DNA of 63,027 nucleotides, the filler included, from Olpidium bornovanus S191 (taxonomy: Eukaryota > Fungi > Olpidiomycota), in NCBI GenBank assembly GCA_017911155.1. It is 31 parts of 31 records of this genome, joined end to end, with 100 filler letters (N's around TTAATTAATTAA, not from the genome) between each part and the next. Parts side by side here need not be neighbours in the genome. Positions count along the whole stretch, not along the records: positions 57,857 to 59,854 come from JAEFCI010004171.1; positions 59,955 to 60,989 come from JAEFCI010003454.1; positions 61,090 to 63,027 come from JAEFCI010007585.1; 28 more parts are not named here. One strand, given 5' to 3'. Every line of letters begins with the position of its first letter. Position 1 is the first letter of the stretch. This document shows, one piece after another, positions 59,400-63,027 of the stretch. Below the pieces are notes generated by a model. The model was given only the letters and a program-made list of their open reading frames with translations. It was not told the DNA's origin and ran no database searches. The position numbers and the translations under genes were made by a program.

Positions 59400-59854
59400 A
59401 ACCGCGCGGGAAGGGACCGGACGCCGCGTCGACAGACGCGACGTCGAACGACGGCTTCGCCGTCGTTCTGCCTTCGCTCGACGTCGACCAGCATAAATAG
59501 CGTCCCTTCCGCTCCGTAGCTCGACTTCGACCCCATCCAACTTTACCAGACCTTACCTTAGCTTGACCTTTCCTTCGAACTGCACTGTCAGTTTTCGTCA
59601 CCTTACCTGTAACACCGCCTCACACCTGATGAGGGGAGGAATAGACGCTTAACCTTGCCGCAATACATGGTAGCAACGCTTCTTCGATAATGACCCGTAA
59701 CCCGACCTCTCCCGTTGCCTCCGCCGCAGGACAGACCCTCCTGCAGACAGAGGCGGACTACCAGCTGGCAATCCGACAGCTGGAGGCCCGCCTGGCGGAG
59801 GTGACCGCGCAGCGCGACCACTCGCTGCAGACGGCTTTCGCCGCCACGGCTGCA
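59400..59854 (+). mobile_element. LTR 3' part, primer-binding site and gag start of an LTR retrotransposon
   Basis: CATAAATA at 59492, a pyrimidine-rich R/U5 ending ...AATACA (59667), directly followed by TGGTAGCAACGC (59668-59679, iMet-type PBS). ATG 59690 opens a coiled-coil ORF (EADYQLAIRQLEARLAEVTAQRD). The left boundary is unknown. Confidence 0.7.
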
Positions 59855-61129
59855 NNNNNNNNNNNNNNNNNNNNNNNNNNNNNNNNNNNNNNNNNNNNTT
59901 AATTAATTAANNNNNNNNNNNNNNNNNNNNNNNNNNNNNNNNNNNNNNNNNNNNCATGACTGCGCGGGAGAGGAATCACCGCAACCGCGCCCGCGACCTC
60001 GCGGGCGAGGAACGGGCTCTACCAGTCAAAAGAGGTTGATTTTGCAAAAAGATCATTTTTGATAGACAAATTTTTTCCCAAAATTTGAAACGAGTGGTGA
60101 GTCTAAGCTTGGCGCACCATAGCGGCGTTGCTCCGGCCAGACCATTTTTTCGCCCGTTTCGAGAGTTTTTCAAAATGCCCTTGGCGGCCAAAGTGGGCCC
60201 AGTCCGGTCGTTTTAACCCGGGGAATTTTTTTGACAAACTTTTAGAGTTTGCGGAAAAACTTTCTTTGACAGTGTCTCAGACACCATGCCGGTAACTTTC
60301 CACCAAAATGTTCCGCCGGACAGGAAAGGCAAGACCCGTAGCGTCCACTTGCGGGCGCGCACCCGGCACCACCCCTCCCCCACCCCAAAGCGCGTCGACC
60401 CGGGGTTACTCGGCTTTACAGCAGCGCAAGCGATGCAGGAGAAACTTATCTCTGCGGGTAAAACCCCTCCTGGCCGAAGTGCCACGCCGCGACGGGGGCA
60501 AGGAGTGGGCACAAATGCGACTGCAGTTTTTCACATCCGTAATTTGATGCTTGCGACTGCTACGTGGACCAAACTGCTGCCCAATTACTCGCCTACAACA
60601 CCACGTGGCGGGCGCGGTGAAAACATAGTCGTTTGGCGGCAAGAGGCGGGTTCGGACGTGTGCATGAACTGGTGCTACCGGAAAAAGACAAGATGTTTTT
60701 TAAGCCGGGGGGGAGGGGAAAAATGGAATGTTTCACGCGGTGCCGCGCAGCACGCACAGTTGACGTCCAAAATTTCGTTATCGGCGAGCTCTAGGCCTTT
60801 CGCTCTTTGCCCCGAAACACGTATCATACATCATCTGATTCGGTCCAAATCTCACGTTCGCAGTTTTCGGCCTTTGAAAAGGTGCGTCGTCATCAATAGC
60901 CCCTGTACGAAAGTTCCCGTCGGTATAGTGCGGCGCTCTATGTTGATGACTTCGACTTGGCAAGCTCCTCACCCACCCCCACCCCCATGNNNNNNNNNNN
61001 NNNNNNNNNNNNNNNNNNNNNNNNNNNNNNNNNTTAATTAATTAANNNNNNNNNNNNNNNNNNNNNNNNNNNNNNNNNNNNNNNNNNNNCATGCAGTCTC
61101 TGACTCATATTCTTATTCTGCCAGCCACC

Positions 61130-62404
61130 AGAGGGTTGCGACATTGAAGTTGCCGCGGCGAAGGTAAACGATCTGCGGACCCACCTATACGTGAGATCTG
61201 CCTGTAACAGTAGCGTCTCGCACAGCCTGTTACAGACACCGAAGCATTGGCGGATCACGAGGAATCAACAGATAATACGACGGAGGGAAGCTTGGTGTTG
61301 ACGCCTGGTGCACCCGATGTTCGAGAAAGGCGGCTCTTTAAGGATGGAGATGTTGAGGAGGGGCCGATCTGCCAATACGCCGCCGCAGCCGCTGAAAGCG
61401 GCGGCTCTGAGGAGCTGCAACGGAAATGGAAGGAACCTCCTTATTTGCAAGCAGATTCGCCAGATTTTGCCGGCGGCCGGACGGGCGAACTCAGGGGACA
61501 GGAAGGAAGCCACGAGACCAAAAGGGGAGCTTCGCACGAGCTTCAGTCGTCTGTTGATATCTCGGTCGGCGGAGCAACATACGAAGTGGCCGCGGGCGAT
61601 GAACATGACAGCACAACGTCCCCCGCTCATGCGGCGTTCGCCCAGACGGCCGCAGCAGTGGCAGCGACCGAGGCATCGCATCCTCCAGGGCAAACCGTGC
61701 TGCCCGATCCCGAAACCGGCGTCCAAGATGCGGGGATCTCGGCGAATGCCGCGGTTGCAGGGTACTCGGGTAGCCCCGATGACGAACAGTACGCGGAGCA
61801 TTCCGACGCGGACGAAGGGTTTTCGCGCTCGGTTTCGGAAGAAGCCGGAGCCGAACCGCGGGACTGGACCGAGGACGAGGGCTGCGACCAGGTCGGAGGG
61901 GAGAACGCGTTGGCCGAACGCTCCGCGGACGTGGGGGCCAGCGCGGAAACCGTCGTCGAAGAAGCGGTCGGCGGCGTCAGGGCAAAGCGAGCGCCGCAGC
62001 AGGACGCCCGGGCGCCGCTCCCGAGCAAAGCCCGCTGGAGCGCCACCGCCAACAGCAGGAACGCGTGCCTCGCGGCGACCGCCAACGTGCAGGTTCAAGT
62101 GCGTTTCGTTTCACGTCCCCGCACGCCGGTCGTTCTGAATGAGACTCGAACGCCGGACAAAGTATTCGGCCAGGGCGGCAAGTCGAACCCGGATTCGAGG
62201 GGAACGGAAATATTCGCGAGCGGGCGCGGGGACGACGAGAAGCCGGCGGACGCGGCTTCCGACGACGACGGATTCGAAGGGCAGCTCGACGACGCCGAAA
62301 GCGACGACATATTGGCGGACTTCGTTGATGCCGGAAATCAGTATCTAGCCGCCGGGGATCGGTATCTAGCCGCGGGGATGTATCTATCGGACGACGAGTT
62401 TTAG
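61130..62404 (+). CDS. Acidic low-complexity protein, last two exons (5' partial), unidentified
   Basis: PEGCDIEVAAAK|gtaaac...agtag|RLAQPVTDTEALADHEES... is open to TAG 62402-62404. It ends DDILADFVDAGNQYLAAGDRYLAAGMYLSDDEF with a short YLAAG duplication. Confidence 0.65.
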
Positions 62405-63027
62405 CGGGGCAGCTGCGCGGCAGCAACGAGCTCTCGAGGCACCGTGGTTGTCCGCGAACCGTGTGTCCCCGTCGGGTTCGGTCTTTTGCCAGAAACGAGA
62501 TTATGCCGCATCTCGCGGCGTTACACGCAGATCCCCGCCACCCCCAATAAAAACGAGAAATCCCTTTCCTCCGCATCCAGTTGGAGAACTCTATAGCACA
62601 CGAATGTATAAAAAGGCGGGAATTCTGCTCGCGTGTGCCGAGTCTGTTCCTTCGGGCAGTGAATTCCGTTTCCGCTTTTATCCGTCCCGGATTGCGCGGT
62701 TTTCTTTTCGGTGTCGGTGCGTTTTTAGCAATTTGATGTTTGGCGGACGGCTGAGCGTTCACAAAACGTCGAAGCAGGCCATTTCCCAGTGTGCATTGGT
62801 TGACTTTATTCCCCGTTTTGGGGGAAACCCGCGTGTTGGCACGACGATGGAAGACGCGACGCGCCGCCGCCCGCCGGCGGAGGGAAAAGGAAAGTCGAAC
62901 AGCAAGGCCTAAAATCAGGTCTTCGAATGGACCGCCGGCCGAGCTTGCTGGGGGGGGGGGGGGGGTGGGGGGGGGGGGGCGGGGGTGTGGGCGGGGGGGG
63001 GGGGGGGGGGGGGGCGCCGCGGCGGCG

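Noticed and set aside
59585-59606. 22-nt GTAAGG...CTGACAG perfect mini-intron look-alike on the minus strand
   Set aside because: The flanking pieces give no coherent protein. The region is better explained as the R/U5 of a plus-strand LTR followed by a PBS.
59988-60007. 9-bp perfect GC hairpin CGCCCGCGA-cc-TCGCGGGCG
   Set aside because: Expected by chance at this GC content, with a 2-nt loop and no context.

Overview
This is not a contiguous locus. The window is 31 short contigs (about 1-4.5 kb) joined by 30 identical 100-nt artificial spacers (44 N + TTAATTAATTAA + 44 N), so adjacency across spacers has no biological meaning. The DNA is eukaryotic, GC-rich and intron-rich (GT-AG). Gene content points to an early-diverging fungus: chitin synthase, Ssk1 response regulator, Pam17, Ntr2-like factor and fungal-type dCMP deaminase, together with CotH and a KDM3-type zinc finger. 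The fragmentation and homopolymer style recall the Olpidium-type whole-genome-amplified assemblies, but that is recollection, not a checked result. Recognisable, mostly partial genes: PAM17, NTR2/PAXBP1, SSK1, UTP5/WDR43, a Cid1-family TUTase/poly(A) polymerase, TAF5, HSP70, CotH, QTRT1, COX18, a division-2 chitin synthase, DCD1, a KDM3-like protein, U2AF1, PheRS alpha, TMEM115 and a WD40 protein. There are also several unidentified spliced genes and many decayed Ty3/Gypsy and Ty1/Copia pieces. The most interesting items are: (1) a Mucorales-type CotH invasin/kinase homologue in an apparently non-Mucorales, GC-rich fungus; (2) an AT-rich ~180-bp satellite; (3) a TUTase with a 49-aa N-terminal tandem repeat and apparent ultra-short introns; (4) CGA>TGA decay of retroelements suggesting CpG methylation; (5) a GC-AG intron. 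All assignments come from manual translation and remembered family motifs; no database search was run.
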